Shown here: positions 36,050 through 46,255 of the stretch, piece by piece | How positions within the stretch are numbered: the first letter of the stretch is position 1 | How the letters are laid out: each line of letters opens with the position of its first letter | Assembly (NCBI GenBank): GCA_900542615.1 | Contig: UQOG01000003.1 | Span: forward strand, 1-63,470 | Direction: 5' to 3' | Length of the DNA: 63,470 nt | Origin: an uncultured Eubacteriales bacterium | Lineage (GTDB): Bacteria; Bacillota; Clostridia; Christensenellales; CAG-138 | Notes under the pieces: model-generated | What the model was told of the DNA's origin: nothing | Databases searched by the model: none | What the model saw: only the letters and a program-made list of their open reading frames with translations | Translations under genes and position numbers: made by a program

Positions 36050-37819
36050 TTATTCCACAATCACATAGGCGCTGGCCGCCACGCTTTCATCCGCGCTGGC
36101 CGTGGCTACGATCTCATAGGTGCCCTGGGCCTCCGGCGCCTGATAGATGCCGTTCTGGTCGATGGCCCCGCCGCCGGCGTCCTTCACCGTCCAGATCACG
36201 CTCTTATCCTCGCTGCCCTGTACCACCGCCTTGAAGCGCATTTGCTCCCGCTTCTCCAGCCTGGATACCTCCGGCACGATGCTCACCCGCACCTGCCGGT
36301 TCTCCAGCAGCCGCTTGGTATCCCGCTCGGGCTTCTGGGCGTAATAATGGATGCGCACCCGGTTCCCCTCCACGTTGTCGTGGAGCCAGATCCCGATCCG
36401 CATGGTGCCCTTGCCGGGATACACCACCGCCGCCGTCTCCACCCAAGGGGCTGCGATGGGGCTATTCTTGGAGCGGAACACCTCGCTGTTGCCGAACAGG
36501 TGGGCCTCCCCGTCGTTTTCAAATTCCACCGCCAGCCGCACTTCCACGTTCCCCGGCCCCAGGCCGTGGGGGATCTCCTCGGACATATACCGGCCGTTTA
36601 CCTTGATGCCGCCCGGCATGGCGATGTCCACGATGCCGTGGCTGGTGGTATAATCGTACAGCTCCGGCGACGGGATGCCAAAGGCCAGGTGCAGCGCATT
36701 TTCGCTCTGGGAATAGCTGGCCTTCACGTCCGGCTTCTGCCAGAACTCCAGGGATTCCACCGAGGTGGTCACCTCCAGCCGGTCCTGGCCCGCCGTCTGG
36801 GCCGTCCGGTCCCGATCCAGCCGCTGCCCGAAAGGCAGGTTGGTCACATGGCCCAGGAATACCCGGTCCGTGGACTGGATCAGCTCCAGCTTGGCCAGAT
36901 AGATGGGGGTCTCCCGGCCCTTCAGGTGCTGGCTCAGGTCATCCTTTTGATGCTTCAAATCCAGGTATGCCGTCCGGTCTGCGCAAAGGGCGATCTCCGC
37001 CGGGATCTCCAGCATGTTTTTGTAGGTATGGCCCCCCATTTCGATGGTCAACTCCGCCCCGTTGGGGAACAGGGGCGCCACGATGTCCGAAAGGCCCTGG
37101 GCCTTGAGCCGGAAGGTGGTGACCAGCACGTTGCGGGTCTCCTCCGGGCTCTCGCTATAGCTTAGGCTGATCCGGCCGTCCTCGCCATCCACGATGCCGC
37201 ACTCCCCTTCCAGGGTAAAGCGCACCGGCGGGGTCTTTTCGTTTTTGACCACCAGCATACCCGCGGTGAATTCATCCCCGCCGCATACCGCCGCGTCCAC
37301 GAAGAACACCAGGGTCAGCCCGTTGTCCCCGTACAGGATGCGCACGTTTTCCCGGCCCATGGTCTCCAGCAGGCCCCGGTATTCCGGCGGCTCCGCGGAG
37401 AAGTACAGCTTATAGCCCTCCCGGGTCATATTGAACTGGCTGGTGGCCCCCGTATCCGAGCCCACCGCGTTCACCGGCTCCGTATCGGTTTCATCGTAGG
37501 CCAGGCACAGATACGCGTCCGCCTGGTCCTTCAGGGAGCCATAGCCTTCGATCATCTCCAGCCGCCGCACCAGGGGCTCCTCGATGACCACCTCCCGGCC
37601 CAGATAGTCCAGGGCCATGCCGCTGCCGATGAGCAGGGTGGTATCGTCGCTGCGGCTCACTCCCAGGCCGCACACCACGCCCGCGCCATGCACCACACGG
37701 TTGACCAGGCGGCGCTTCGCGCTTGCATAGTTCTGCTCCGCCTCAAAATCCCGCACCGTAAGCAGCTTTCCATAGAAATACCGGTTTCGCTCCATGGGGA
37801 AAAAGCTAACGTCCTTCAA
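36050..37819 (-). CDS. CIS distal baseplate / tail-fibre-like protein with C-terminal Ig-like (Big_2-type) domain (Afp13 position)
   Basis: TTG 37819 with a GGAGGA SD. The N-terminal string RNRYFYGKLLTVRDFEAEQNYASAKRRLVNRVVHGAGVVCGLGV is a pattern I associate with eCIS-locus fibre/baseplate-distal proteins. The C-terminal string VSIVPEVSRLEKREQMRFKAVVQGSEDKSVIWTV...GIYQAPEAQGTYEIVATS is Big_2-like. Confidence 0.6.
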   Translation of the reverse strand: MKDVSFFPMERNRYFYGKLLTVRDFEAEQNYASAKRRLVNRVVHGAGVVCGLGVSRSDDTTLLIGSGMALDYLGREVVIEEPLVRRLEMIEGYGSLKDQADAYLCLAYDETDTEPVNAVGSDTGATSQFNMTREGYKLYFSAEPPEYRGLLETMGRENVRILYGDNGLTLVFFVDAAVCGGDEFTAGMLVVKNEKTPPVRFTLEGECGIVDGEDGRISLSYSESPEETRNVLVTTFRLKAQGLSDIVAPLFPNGAELTIEMGGHTYKNMLEIPAEIALCADRTAYLDLKHQKDDLSQHLKGRETPIYLAKLELIQSTDRVFLGHVTNLPFGQRLDRDRTAQTAGQDRLEVTTSVESLEFWQKPDVKASYSQSENALHLAFGIPSPELYDYTTSHGIVDIAMPGGIKVNGRYMSEEIPHGLGPGNVEVRLAVEFENDGEAHLFGNSEVFRSKNSPIAAPWVETAAVVYPGKGTMRIGIWLHDNVEGNRVRIHYYAQKPERDTKRLLENRQVRVSIVPEVSRLEKREQMRFKAVVQGSEDKSVIWTVKDAGGGAIDQNGIYQAPEAQGTYEIVATASADESVAASAYVIVE

Positions 37820-38924
37820 CTTCGTTTCCTCCGATCATAGTGTCATAGTGGATGGTGGTGTTTTCATCTATTACAACCGGGACATAATCGCTTACCATGG
37901 TATTGACCCCCAGGTAGGTATGCCGGTCCAATTGTACGCATCGCTTAAGCAGCACCAGCTCAAATTCCGTGCCCGCCGGGATCAGGCGCTGCATCCGTTC
38001 CAAAAAGGCTTCCATCTGGGCCCGGCTGTGGAAAGCGTCCTCCGGCAGCAGAATGAAAAACTGATAGGGGTTTTCCCCGTACAGCCGCCGGTACAAGGCG
38101 GAATTGGCGCAATCCGGCCGGTTGGGGTCCACGTCCGCGCTTTCGATGAGCAAGGGCGTCTGGCCGGTGAGCCGCCGGACGGAGCGCTTGATCCCCGCCA
38201 CCGTGTACAGGCTTTCATAATCCGCCTGGGCGGTGCGGATCCGGTCCGCCAGGGTCTCGCCCCCGCCTTCCTCCGCCCCCACGCACATCCAGTCCGCCAG
38301 GTATTCCAGCATGGGGCCCGAGGTGTTCTCATAGTCGAACCGGGCGGGCAGGTCGTAGATGGCCTGTTCCATATCCATCATAATGCTGTCGAATATGGAA
38401 AGGAAGCGTTTTGTGAAATCCCCGTTCTCCCGGTAGATGGCCGGCAGGTAATCCACCATATGGTCCCCCGCCATGTGGAGCCGCAGGGCCTCCAGCCCGG
38501 GCGCGGGCCCGGAGGCAAAGAACTCCAGCATCAGCCACAGATAGCGGCCGTTCTGGTCGATGTAAAAATCCTCTCCCTCCCCCACCGGGGTGAACAGGGC
38601 CTCCAGGGCCTCCTCCGCCTCCGGTGCGCCGGGGGCCAGGCTGGCCAGGTATGCTTCCAGGGTGGCGTAATCCCCATAGGGGGCTGCGTCCGCCGCATAG
38701 GCCCGGGTGCGGATCAGGCTATCCTGGGCCAGCCGGCAATCCAGGGACGTCCGGCCCCAATAAAAGCCCGTTTCCCCGCTATCCAGGCCCCATAGGCAAA
38801 TGACCCCCCGCCTGGCGCCTGGCGCCAGGGTCAGGCCGTCCCCTTCGGGGACCACCCCCCAGCAATAGGCGGCGCGCCAATCCTCCGCTTTGTTCAGCAC
38901 AAGCTGTCGTTGAAGCCGTTTCAT
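37806..38924 (-). CDS. Baseplate protein, phage P2 gpI-like tail protein
   Basis: LPAIYRENGDFTKRFLSIFDSIMMDMEQAIYDLPARFDYENTSGPMLEYLADWM matches the gpI/TIGR02242-type tail protein pattern. AGGAGGAAAGG SD present. Confidence 0.75.
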   Translation of the reverse strand: MKRLQRQLVLNKAEDWRAAYCWGVVPEGDGLTLAPGARRGVICLWGLDSGETGFYWGRTSLDCRLAQDSLIRTRAYAADAAPYGDYATLEAYLASLAPGAPEAEEALEALFTPVGEGEDFYIDQNGRYLWLMLEFFASGPAPGLEALRLHMAGDHMVDYLPAIYRENGDFTKRFLSIFDSIMMDMEQAIYDLPARFDYENTSGPMLEYLADWMCVGAEEGGGETLADRIRTAQADYESLYTVAGIKRSVRRLTGQTPLLIESADVDPNRPDCANSALYRRLYGENPYQFFILLPEDAFHSRAQMEAFLERMQRLIPAGTEFELVLLKRCVQLDRHTYLGVNTMVSDYVPVVIDENTTIHYDTMIGGNEVEGR

Positions 38925-38944
38925 CCTTTCCTCCTATGCGGGCC

Positions 38945-41008
38945 CTAGCGGGTCTGTAGATCCAGGGAGCCCAGGTAGGCGATGGCGTTCTGCTTGAGCC
39001 TCAGGTCCCCCCGGGGATCCTCGTAGCAGTCGGGCCGCAGGGCCCTTAGCTCCAGCCGCTCCACCTGCATCACCCCGTCCAGGGCCATCAGCTCCGCCAT
39101 CAGGTCGTCCTTGACCACCGGGTCCCCGATGGTCCGGCCCTGCCTGCCCGTTTCCAGGTAAGCCTCCACCTGCCGCCGGATAGCCGCCTCCAGGCCGGGG
39201 CCCCGGCCCCGCACCTGCAAGCGCACCCCCACCGGCACGTATTGGGGCGGCACCACCTTCACCCGGGTGCATACCGGCCGGTATCGCTCCAGCTGGGCCT
39301 GGATCGCCGCCATAAAAGCCGCGTCCGGCATGGGCCGCTCCTGGGCGCTCCAGGGGCGCACCACCACCGTCACCACCGGGATCCGGCTGCGGCCCGCAGG
39401 CTCATCCGGGTCAAACCCGGCGATGGCCTTGGCCTGGGCCACCCGCAGCCCCGGCGTCGCCAGGGCCAGGCGCTCATAGTCCGCCTGGGACACGCATTTA
39501 TAGGTATCCTCCATGGAATGGAGGAAGGCGGTAGCCGCATCCTGCAGGCTTTGGGCCTCCCGGCCGCCTACGGCCGCCCGGTTGTCCGCAGGGCTGCCGT
39601 CTGCAAAGGTAAGGCCGCAGCCCTCCGGCACATTGCCCCTGCTGCAATAGGACAGGGCCAGGGAGGCGATCATCACCCCCTGCTCCCCACGGGGCGGGAT
39701 GGCCCCATGGGCCCCGTCCCCGAAGAGCAGCTGTTCCCCGGCCGGGTCAAAGGTAAAGGCCAGATCCCGGGGGCCGCAGGCGGACAAGTCCGCCACATAC
39801 CGCCACAACCGGGGTCGCACCTGGCCATCCCGGCAGCGGGTATCGCAGATGAGGGCCAGGGTCTCAGGCAACGCCTGCCTGCCCCCCAGATCCAATTCGA
39901 TGGCCATATTGGGCAACCCGGTGGAGGGGTACAGCAGCCGGTTATACCGCAGGGCGTCCTGGCTCACCACCAGCAGGTTGTCCTGGCCGTCCTGGGCGCT
40001 GCCCGCGCCCTGCACCGTCACCGCCAACCCGTCCGCCGTGGGCCGCTGCGCCCATTCCGCCACCCTTAGCCCCGCTTCCTCCCGGAGGAACAGGTAGACC
40101 CCGCCGGTCTGGGACACCGCGTCCTGCAAAAGGAGGGTGGTCTCCCCCGGCCCGATCCTGTGCCAGCGAAATCTGGCCCAGGTCTCCTGCTGGGCGCTGC
40201 GGAACCAGCCGGCGGATACCTGGCTGAGCCGCACGTCCTCCTCGCAGCCGTGCCGGGTCTCCTCCGCCACCAGATACCGGCCCGGGGGCAGCCCGCAGCC
40301 GCCGTCGCTTTCCCCGAAGCCTTCCGGGAAGGTAAAGGTGATAAAGCCGCTATGGCTCAAGGCGTGGGTCTCATCCTGGACCTGGGGCAGGGCGTCTGTG
40401 CCCCAGCACCGCCATGCCAACGTCCGCGGGGCCGCCTGGCCTGGGGCGAAGGGGTTCCGGTCCACGGGCCGCTTGTCGTCCACCTCAAACCACAGGCGCA
40501 TGACCCGTTCTTCCCCGGAGATGCCGATGATCAGCTGGCCGCCGCCCTTTCTAGGCAGGAAGGGCCATATGGTGATGCCCGGCTGCCCCATAATGCCGGT
40601 CATATCCTGAGGGCCCTGGGGCCCGTTCAGATAGATGGCCGTCACCTGGCCCCCCGCCCGGGCGGGCTCCAGCAGCTCGAAGCATACCCCTTCGCTATTT
40701 TCCAGCCGGGCCAGCAGGGGATAGGCTTCCCCCTCCTCCCAGGCCGGGCGCACCAGGCAGGCCGCCGGCCGGGCCGGCGCGGGGATCACGCCCAGGAGCT
40801 TGAGGAACTTCTGCTTGAGCTCCTCCGTCACCACGTTCATGTGGTATTGCTGCATTTCCTTATACCAGGCCATCAGCTCCAAAATGGTGATGCCTGGGTC
40901 ATGGGCGTTATGATCCGTCCAGGCGGGGCAAAGCCAGGGCAAGCGCCCCAGGGCATATTCCATGATATCCCCAAAGGTCTGGTCGTCCAGATTCCTGGAT
41001 CGCAGCAT
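38945..41008 (-). CDS. Baseplate J-like (gp6-like) wedge protein, second paralog (Afp11/12-like)
   Basis: N-terminal DDQTFGDIMEYALGRLPWLCPAWTDHNAHDPGITILELMAWY and C-terminal VSQADYERLALATPGLRVAQAKA are typical of Baseplate_J proteins. Confidence 0.85.
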   Translation of the reverse strand: MLRSRNLDDQTFGDIMEYALGRLPWLCPAWTDHNAHDPGITILELMAWYKEMQQYHMNVVTEELKQKFLKLLGVIPAPARPAACLVRPAWEEGEAYPLLARLENSEGVCFELLEPARAGGQVTAIYLNGPQGPQDMTGIMGQPGITIWPFLPRKGGGQLIIGISGEERVMRLWFEVDDKRPVDRNPFAPGQAAPRTLAWRCWGTDALPQVQDETHALSHSGFITFTFPEGFGESDGGCGLPPGRYLVAEETRHGCEEDVRLSQVSAGWFRSAQQETWARFRWHRIGPGETTLLLQDAVSQTGGVYLFLREEAGLRVAEWAQRPTADGLAVTVQGAGSAQDGQDNLLVVSQDALRYNRLLYPSTGLPNMAIELDLGGRQALPETLALICDTRCRDGQVRPRLWRYVADLSACGPRDLAFTFDPAGEQLLFGDGAHGAIPPRGEQGVMIASLALSYCSRGNVPEGCGLTFADGSPADNRAAVGGREAQSLQDAATAFLHSMEDTYKCVSQADYERLALATPGLRVAQAKAIAGFDPDEPAGRSRIPVVTVVVRPWSAQERPMPDAAFMAAIQAQLERYRPVCTRVKVVPPQYVPVGVRLQVRGRGPGLEAAIRRQVEAYLETGRQGRTIGDPVVKDDLMAELMALDGVMQVERLELRALRPDCYEDPRGDLRLKQNAIAYLGSLDLQTR

Positions 41009-41032
41009 ATCCCCTTCCCTCCTTTCCCGGGC

Positions 41033-43960
41033 TTATACCACCCGGATGGTGTGGTTCCCGCTGCGCACCGTGGCAAAGGGGAACCCATCGTCCGTATCCA
41101 AGGCGCACAGACAGCGCCGTCCGTCTTCAAAATAACTGCCCTCGCAGGACACCCGCTCCACGCTGCGCACATTGGGCGTAGCCTTGATGGTGCGGTATAG
41201 CTCCAGCAGGTTGATCTGCTGGCCGATCTCCCGGCTGCGCCAGGTCTTTTCGATCAGGGCCGCGATATGCCCCATCAGCGCCTGCTGGGTGGTGGCCGCC
41301 TGGTCCAGATCCCACATCTGCACCTGGGCGTGCACGTGTACCGTCATCTCCGTGGAGGGCACCACGTGGAGCCGCTCCCCGGCGATCAGGTTGCAATCGC
41401 ACCGCTCTGCCAGGTAGTCGTAGATCTCCCGGCACAGGTTATAGCCCATGGCGGTCTCGGAAAGGTCCTTGCCCATCACCACCAAACATACATGGCCCGG
41501 GGCGTGGCGGCCCTTTTGATCCGTATTGGAGAAGCATTTCACATGGGCGGCCCGGGAGAAGCGGAAGAGCACCATCTGCTCAAAATCCGCCGCGCCCAGA
41601 GCCCTGCCCCGGTGGCGAATGCACTTGTTACCAAGGCTTTCGATTTTTTCCATGGGGGTAGGGTCGGTGCCGCCGCTCATGGGGCCAATGTTTACCACCC
41701 CGGTGATCCGGGGTAAGGAGCCCACCAGGGCGTTGACCTGGCCGGCTGGCAGGTTTCCCCGCACGCCACCTCCATAGAAGTAGGTCACTCGGATATTCAG
41801 CGTACCCTTGGGGGGCACCTTGCCGTTGCGGCCGTTGCCGAAGCGGATGATCCCCGCCAGGGCCTCCAGCTCATAAACCCGGGCGTCCCCATCTGCCAGC
41901 AACAGATTGGAAACCGGTTCCCAGCGGACGAAGCAATGGGTCACCAGCCCTTCCTCCCGCTCCAGCCGGATCCGGCCGGGCAGCTGGGCTTCCAGCTGGG
42001 CCATCTGGCCGGCGGACAGCTCCCCGGCTTCATCCACCCACACCTGGCATTCCAGCACCGGGGTCTCCAGCAGCTCCAGGGTCTTATCCACCTCATAGGC
42101 TTCCGTGCTGAAGTATTGATCTGCGCCCCGCTGCTGCTGCCGGGCCTCCACGATGTTGAAGTCCAGCCCGGTCACCTGGGGCGCGGGCCGGGTGAGGGGA
42201 GTGAAGGAGCTCAGGCTCATCCGCAGCCAGCAGCCCGTTTCCCCAAAGAAGGTGGTCTCAGGCACCGGCTGGGAGATATACAGGAAGGCCGTGCCCGTAT
42301 AGCGCATATTCTTGGTTTGATCCACCGTGCGCACCTGGACGAACCCGGTCCCGTCCCAGGCCTCAAAGAGGATCTTGCTGGGCAGCCGGGTCTCCCCGGC
42401 GATCTGCATCAGCATGGACAGGGGCATCCCGTGGGGCGAGCCGTCAAAGCGCAGATACATGGCCCGGGGATGGGGAGGCAGGGGATCGTAGACGGTCATG
42501 GCCAGGTCCGTGACCCCCTCCGCCTCCGGGACCTCGGTCAGGGTGGCGTTGTTCCAGGCACGCACGGCCTGGGCAGGCCGCAGGTGGTCGTATTGGAAGT
42601 TGCACTGGATCCCCTTCACAAAGGGCAAGATCCAGCGGGGAATGGCGCTCAGGTAGTTTTCCACGTTCACCACCCGGGCCCGGATGTAATAGCCGGTTTC
42701 CGCGTTGACCGTGGCGGCCGCCATGTCCTCCGGCACCGTGAACAGCACCAGCAGCGCCCCCTCCCGCTTGCAGGAGAAGGGGTTCTGGTTGCCGCCCACC
42801 GAAAGCTTGGCCCAGCCGGTGCCGTTGTAGTACTCCCACACCACCTGCTCCACGAACACGTCGTCCGGCAGGATGCGCACCGCGTCGTTCTTATCGATGA
42901 TCCGCTTGTTGAATTCGTATTGGGGCTCATCCCCCACGGTGGAATAGATCACCGGCACGATATCCAGCCCCAGGTTTACCCGGGCGCCCCGCTTGCAGAA
43001 CACCCGGTCGGAGCGGATGTAGAACATCTCATAGGGGGCGGGCCGCCGGCCAAAGCAATAGCCGCCCTCCGCCAGGGAGATGGGGATGTCGTTGTTGGAG
43101 GCGCTGTCCGCGGCCACGCTTTTGGGGATCATGCTTCGCAAGGCGATGCCGCTGAGCTGAATGGCGCCCTCCACCTTGGGGCTCACATCGCAGTAGATGT
43201 AAATGTTGCCGTCCGCCTCCGGGCAAAGGGCCTTTTCATCCTCCTTGAACAGCCGCAGGATACCGCCCTCCGCCTGCACCCGGTCAAAGGCCGGGTAATC
43301 CACCCCGTCAAAATACCGCCAGGCGGCCCCTTCCGGGTCCCCCAGGGTCTGGGCGGTGGCAGCCTCCAAAAACCGGGCGGTCTGCCGCAGGGAGATCTGC
43401 AATTCGCAGGGGCCCGCCAGGTCCAACACCTGGTTCTGGGCAAAGGCGAACCGGTGGAACTGAAGGTTTGCTTCCCCGGTGGGGGCGAAGAAGGGCTGCT
43501 CTTTGGAACGATCCAGCCGCTCGATCCGGCCCGCCTCCGGGTCCACGTAATATACGTCCGCCAGGCTGGCGGTAATGGCCTCGATCCGGTGGGTGGTGGC
43601 AAAGACCGTATTGGTGCCGTCCTCTTCCTGGGCGGCGGCAAAGATCTCCGTGCCCGCCGGCACCGGCACCGGCCCGCCTTCCCCGCCGGCTTCAAAGCGC
43701 ACCAGCCCGCACGCAGGGGTCACCCCCGGCCCGGGCACGCCCAGCAGGTTGAGAAATTCCGTATAATGCTTTTGCGGCAGCAGGTTGAACCGGTCGATGG
43801 TCTGATAAAACATCTCCCCAAACAGGGTGGCGATGGCCGCCCCGGGGTCGGTTTCATCCCCCTGCTCATAGCGCCATTCCGGGACGTATTCCCCCGCCCG
43901 GCGCTGGATCAGGTCCATCAGGTCCTTCTTGGTCCGCGGGTCCAGGATGGGCTTGTTCAT
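41033..43960 (-). CDS. Large baseplate J-like (gp6-like) wedge protein (Afp11/12-like)
   Basis: 975 aa. The N-terminal string is LMDLIQRRAGEYVPEWRYEQGDETDPGAAIATLFGEMFY. A J-like C-terminal string is LGAADFEQMVLFRFSRAAHVKC. ATGA overlap with gp25. Confidence 0.85.
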   Translation of the reverse strand: MNKPILDPRTKKDLMDLIQRRAGEYVPEWRYEQGDETDPGAAIATLFGEMFYQTIDRFNLLPQKHYTEFLNLLGVPGPGVTPACGLVRFEAGGEGGPVPVPAGTEIFAAAQEEDGTNTVFATTHRIEAITASLADVYYVDPEAGRIERLDRSKEQPFFAPTGEANLQFHRFAFAQNQVLDLAGPCELQISLRQTARFLEAATAQTLGDPEGAAWRYFDGVDYPAFDRVQAEGGILRLFKEDEKALCPEADGNIYIYCDVSPKVEGAIQLSGIALRSMIPKSVAADSASNNDIPISLAEGGYCFGRRPAPYEMFYIRSDRVFCKRGARVNLGLDIVPVIYSTVGDEPQYEFNKRIIDKNDAVRILPDDVFVEQVVWEYYNGTGWAKLSVGGNQNPFSCKREGALLVLFTVPEDMAAATVNAETGYYIRARVVNVENYLSAIPRWILPFVKGIQCNFQYDHLRPAQAVRAWNNATLTEVPEAEGVTDLAMTVYDPLPPHPRAMYLRFDGSPHGMPLSMLMQIAGETRLPSKILFEAWDGTGFVQVRTVDQTKNMRYTGTAFLYISQPVPETTFFGETGCWLRMSLSSFTPLTRPAPQVTGLDFNIVEARQQQRGADQYFSTEAYEVDKTLELLETPVLECQVWVDEAGELSAGQMAQLEAQLPGRIRLEREEGLVTHCFVRWEPVSNLLLADGDARVYELEALAGIIRFGNGRNGKVPPKGTLNIRVTYFYGGGVRGNLPAGQVNALVGSLPRITGVVNIGPMSGGTDPTPMEKIESLGNKCIRHRGRALGAADFEQMVLFRFSRAAHVKCFSNTDQKGRHAPGHVCLVVMGKDLSETAMGYNLCREIYDYLAERCDCNLIAGERLHVVPSTEMTVHVHAQVQMWDLDQAATTQQALMGHIAALIEKTWRSREIGQQINLLELYRTIKATPNVRSVERVSCEGSYFEDGRRCLCALDTDDGFPFATVRSGNHTIRVV

Positions 43961-44364
43961 TCTTCCGCTCCCTCGTTCAAATAAAACGGGTATACCCGAT
44001 TGTACCGGTTATTGGTATTGCGCACGGTATACTCCACCTGGATGAGCAAGGCGCCGGCATTGCCGTCCTGCTCCCGGGTCTCCACCTCCACGTCCACGAT
44101 CCGGGGCTCCTGGAGCAAGAGCTGCTCCTGCACATCGTATGCGATGGCGGATTTGGAATTGTGGGCCATGGGGGAAAAGGCGTATTCCGCCACATTGGAT
44201 CCGAATTCCGGCCGCATCACCCGCTCCCCGATGGAGGTCTGGATGATGATGCGCACCGCTTCCTCGATATCTTCCTCAAAGAGGGACATGGCGATCTTTC
44301 CTGTCCGCCGGTCGATCTGCAGCGGGAATTTCAAGCCGCTGCCCAAAAAGTCCTTGCTGCCCAT
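43957..44364 (-). CDS. GPW/gp25-like baseplate wedge protein (Afp9-like)
   Basis: 135 aa. FLGSGLKFPLQIDRRTGKIAMSLFEEDIEEAVRIIIQTSIGERVMRPEFGSNV is the gp25 signature. Confidence 0.9.
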   Translation of the reverse strand: MGSKDFLGSGLKFPLQIDRRTGKIAMSLFEEDIEEAVRIIIQTSIGERVMRPEFGSNVAEYAFSPMAHNSKSAIAYDVQEQLLLQEPRIVDVEVETREQDGNAGALLIQVEYTVRNTNNRYNRVYPFYLNEGAEE

Positions 44365-44381
44365 GCTGCCTCCTTCCGGGC

Positions 44382-45131
44382 TCAGTTGATCTGCACCAGG
44401 GCGCCCTTGATGGTGGTATTTCCGGACGCCTGTACGTTCAGCAGGCCGTTGGACTTGATATCCACCTGGCTGCCGTTGGCGGTAAAGCCGTTGTTCGCCT
44501 TATGCTCCACATCCGTGCCGGCAAAGGATATGGTCTTGTTCCCCTTGCCGGTGATGTTGCCGGCGGATTCCAGCACCAGGCTGGTATCCCCCGCGCTCAG
44601 GGTAAGCTTGGTCTTGGCCGCCAGGGTGATCTCCCCCTTTTCCCACAGGATGGTCAGCTTGTTGTCCCCGTTTTTATCCTGCAGGGCCAGGCTTTTGTTT
44701 TCATCGTCCAGCTGGAGCATGGTCCCCGCCGGGGTGGTGACGGTGACCTTTTCCTTTTTTTCGGTATCCTCCAGCTTGATCTCTATGCCCGCCGGGGTCT
44801 TGATGCACCGCACCTCGTTGACCCCGTCCTGCACCGTATAGGGGGGCTTGATATCGTTGGCCCAATAGCTGCCCAGCACGATGGGATGGTGCACATCCCC
44901 GCCCAGATAGGTGAGCAGCACCAGGTCCCCCACCTTTGGGAAGAAAAACTGGCCGTAGCCCTGTCCGCCCATGGGCGCCATGCAAAAGCACCAATCCGTT
45001 TCCCCCACGTCCTTGTCCGCGGTGACGGGCTTGCACTTAAGCCGGTTCAGGTTATCCGGGTCCTTGATGTTGGTGACCTCGGCCAGGATGACCCCGGATT
45101 TGCGCATATAGCTGGTGGCGTCGTTGCTCAT
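44382..45131 (-). CDS. Spike protein, gpV/gp5 OB-fold plus beta-helix (VgrG C-terminal half; Afp8-like)
   Basis: VTNIKDPDNLNRLKC...WCFCMAPMGGQGYGQFFFPKVGDLVLLTYLGGDVHHPIVLGSYW, followed by a repetitive beta-helical tail. Confidence 0.88.
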   Translation of the reverse strand: MSNDATSYMRKSGVILAEVTNIKDPDNLNRLKCKPVTADKDVGETDWCFCMAPMGGQGYGQFFFPKVGDLVLLTYLGGDVHHPIVLGSYWANDIKPPYTVQDGVNEVRCIKTPAGIEIKLEDTEKKEKVTVTTPAGTMLQLDDENKSLALQDKNGDNKLTILWEKGEITLAAKTKLTLSAGDTSLVLESAGNITGKGNKTISFAGTDVEHKANNGFTANGSQVDIKSNGLLNVQASGNTTIKGALVQIN

Positions 45132-46228
45132 TTGCTCTTAGCTCCCTTTACCTCAAAGCTGGTATAATAGCCGTCCTCGCTGAACTCGTGGGTGACTTTG
45201 CTGATAAAATACTTATCCGCCGTGGATTTATCAAAGCCCTTCAGGGAGATATACCGGCCGGGGATCAGCTCCGGCAGGCCCACGCACCGGCCCTTGCCGG
45301 ATACGAAGGAATAGGCCCGCTGGTCGAAGATGGCCTGGGCCAGCTCCTTGCACTCCTCCGGGGTCTGGACGAAGAAGTTGATCTCCTTGAGCACCATGCC
45401 GCTAAACCCCCGGGCGATATCCCCGGCCTCCTTACCAGAGCCCGAGGCGCTGGTATCGGTGGCCTCCCCGGAGATGGGTTTCAGGGTCTTGGGGTCGATG
45501 CCGTAGACCACCACCTTGCCGATCTGCTTGCGCAGGGACACGGTCTTGGAGAACTGCAAAAGGCTAACCCCCAGGTTCAGCTCGATGATGGAGCTGGTCT
45601 TGCGCATCAGGGAATCGAATACGATCTCCCCGTCGATGACGGTGAAGGTCAGGTTATAGGTGCGGGCCAGGAAGCACAGGAAATGGTAATCGTCCATCTC
45701 CTCCTGGATCAGCTCCGCGTCGAAGTCCTTGATGGTGCCCACGTTGACCTTTTTGGCGTAGCCCTTGGAAACGCATTCGTTGAGGATCTCCTTTACCACG
45801 GTGGTGGTGGATTTTTCCTGCATGTATTTGCGGTCCTGGGCGTTCATAAGGTACCCTTTTGCATCGATGCCGTTTACGGTGATGCTGGGGGCGCCGTTGG
45901 CGGTATAGTTGATGGTATAGTCGTCCACAAACCCAAAGAAGATGGATTCCTTGCGCACGTAGCCGGCTTTGATCTCGATTTTGTTGCCCACCTGGATGGT
46001 ATCCAACAGGCTGTTGTTCCACTTGCTGCCCTCGTAGTCGTACTGGGACTCCAGGGTAAAGCTGCAGCCGCCCGCGCCCTCCCCGGCGTCGATGTCCACG
46101 GTGATGGAAGAAAAGTGGAACTTGGAGGTTTCCAGGGTCTTGCCGTCCACGGATACCGCAAAGGCCGGCGCGCGAAACCCGTCGTATTTATCTTCCAGGC
46201 TTTTGAATTGATAGGACCCTGTATCCAT
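45128..46228 (-). CDS. Baseplate hub, phage late control gpD / gp27-like (VgrG N-terminal half)
   Basis: 366 aa. ATGA overlap with the spike gene. The pattern F..P.F.V.VDG......F...S.TVD.. and the gpD-like length fit, and the gene sits between the LysM and spike genes. Confidence 0.75.
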   Translation of the reverse strand: MDTGSYQFKSLEDKYDGFRAPAFAVSVDGKTLETSKFHFSSITVDIDAGEGAGGCSFTLESQYDYEGSKWNNSLLDTIQVGNKIEIKAGYVRKESIFFGFVDDYTINYTANGAPSITVNGIDAKGYLMNAQDRKYMQEKSTTTVVKEILNECVSKGYAKKVNVGTIKDFDAELIQEEMDDYHFLCFLARTYNLTFTVIDGEIVFDSLMRKTSSIIELNLGVSLLQFSKTVSLRKQIGKVVVYGIDPKTLKPISGEATDTSASGSGKEAGDIARGFSGMVLKEINFFVQTPEECKELAQAIFDQRAYSFVSGKGRCVGLPELIPGRYISLKGFDKSTADKYFISKVTHEFSEDGYYTSFEVKGAKSK

Positions 46229-46255
46229 GGGCGATGTATCTCCTAAAACGCGTCC

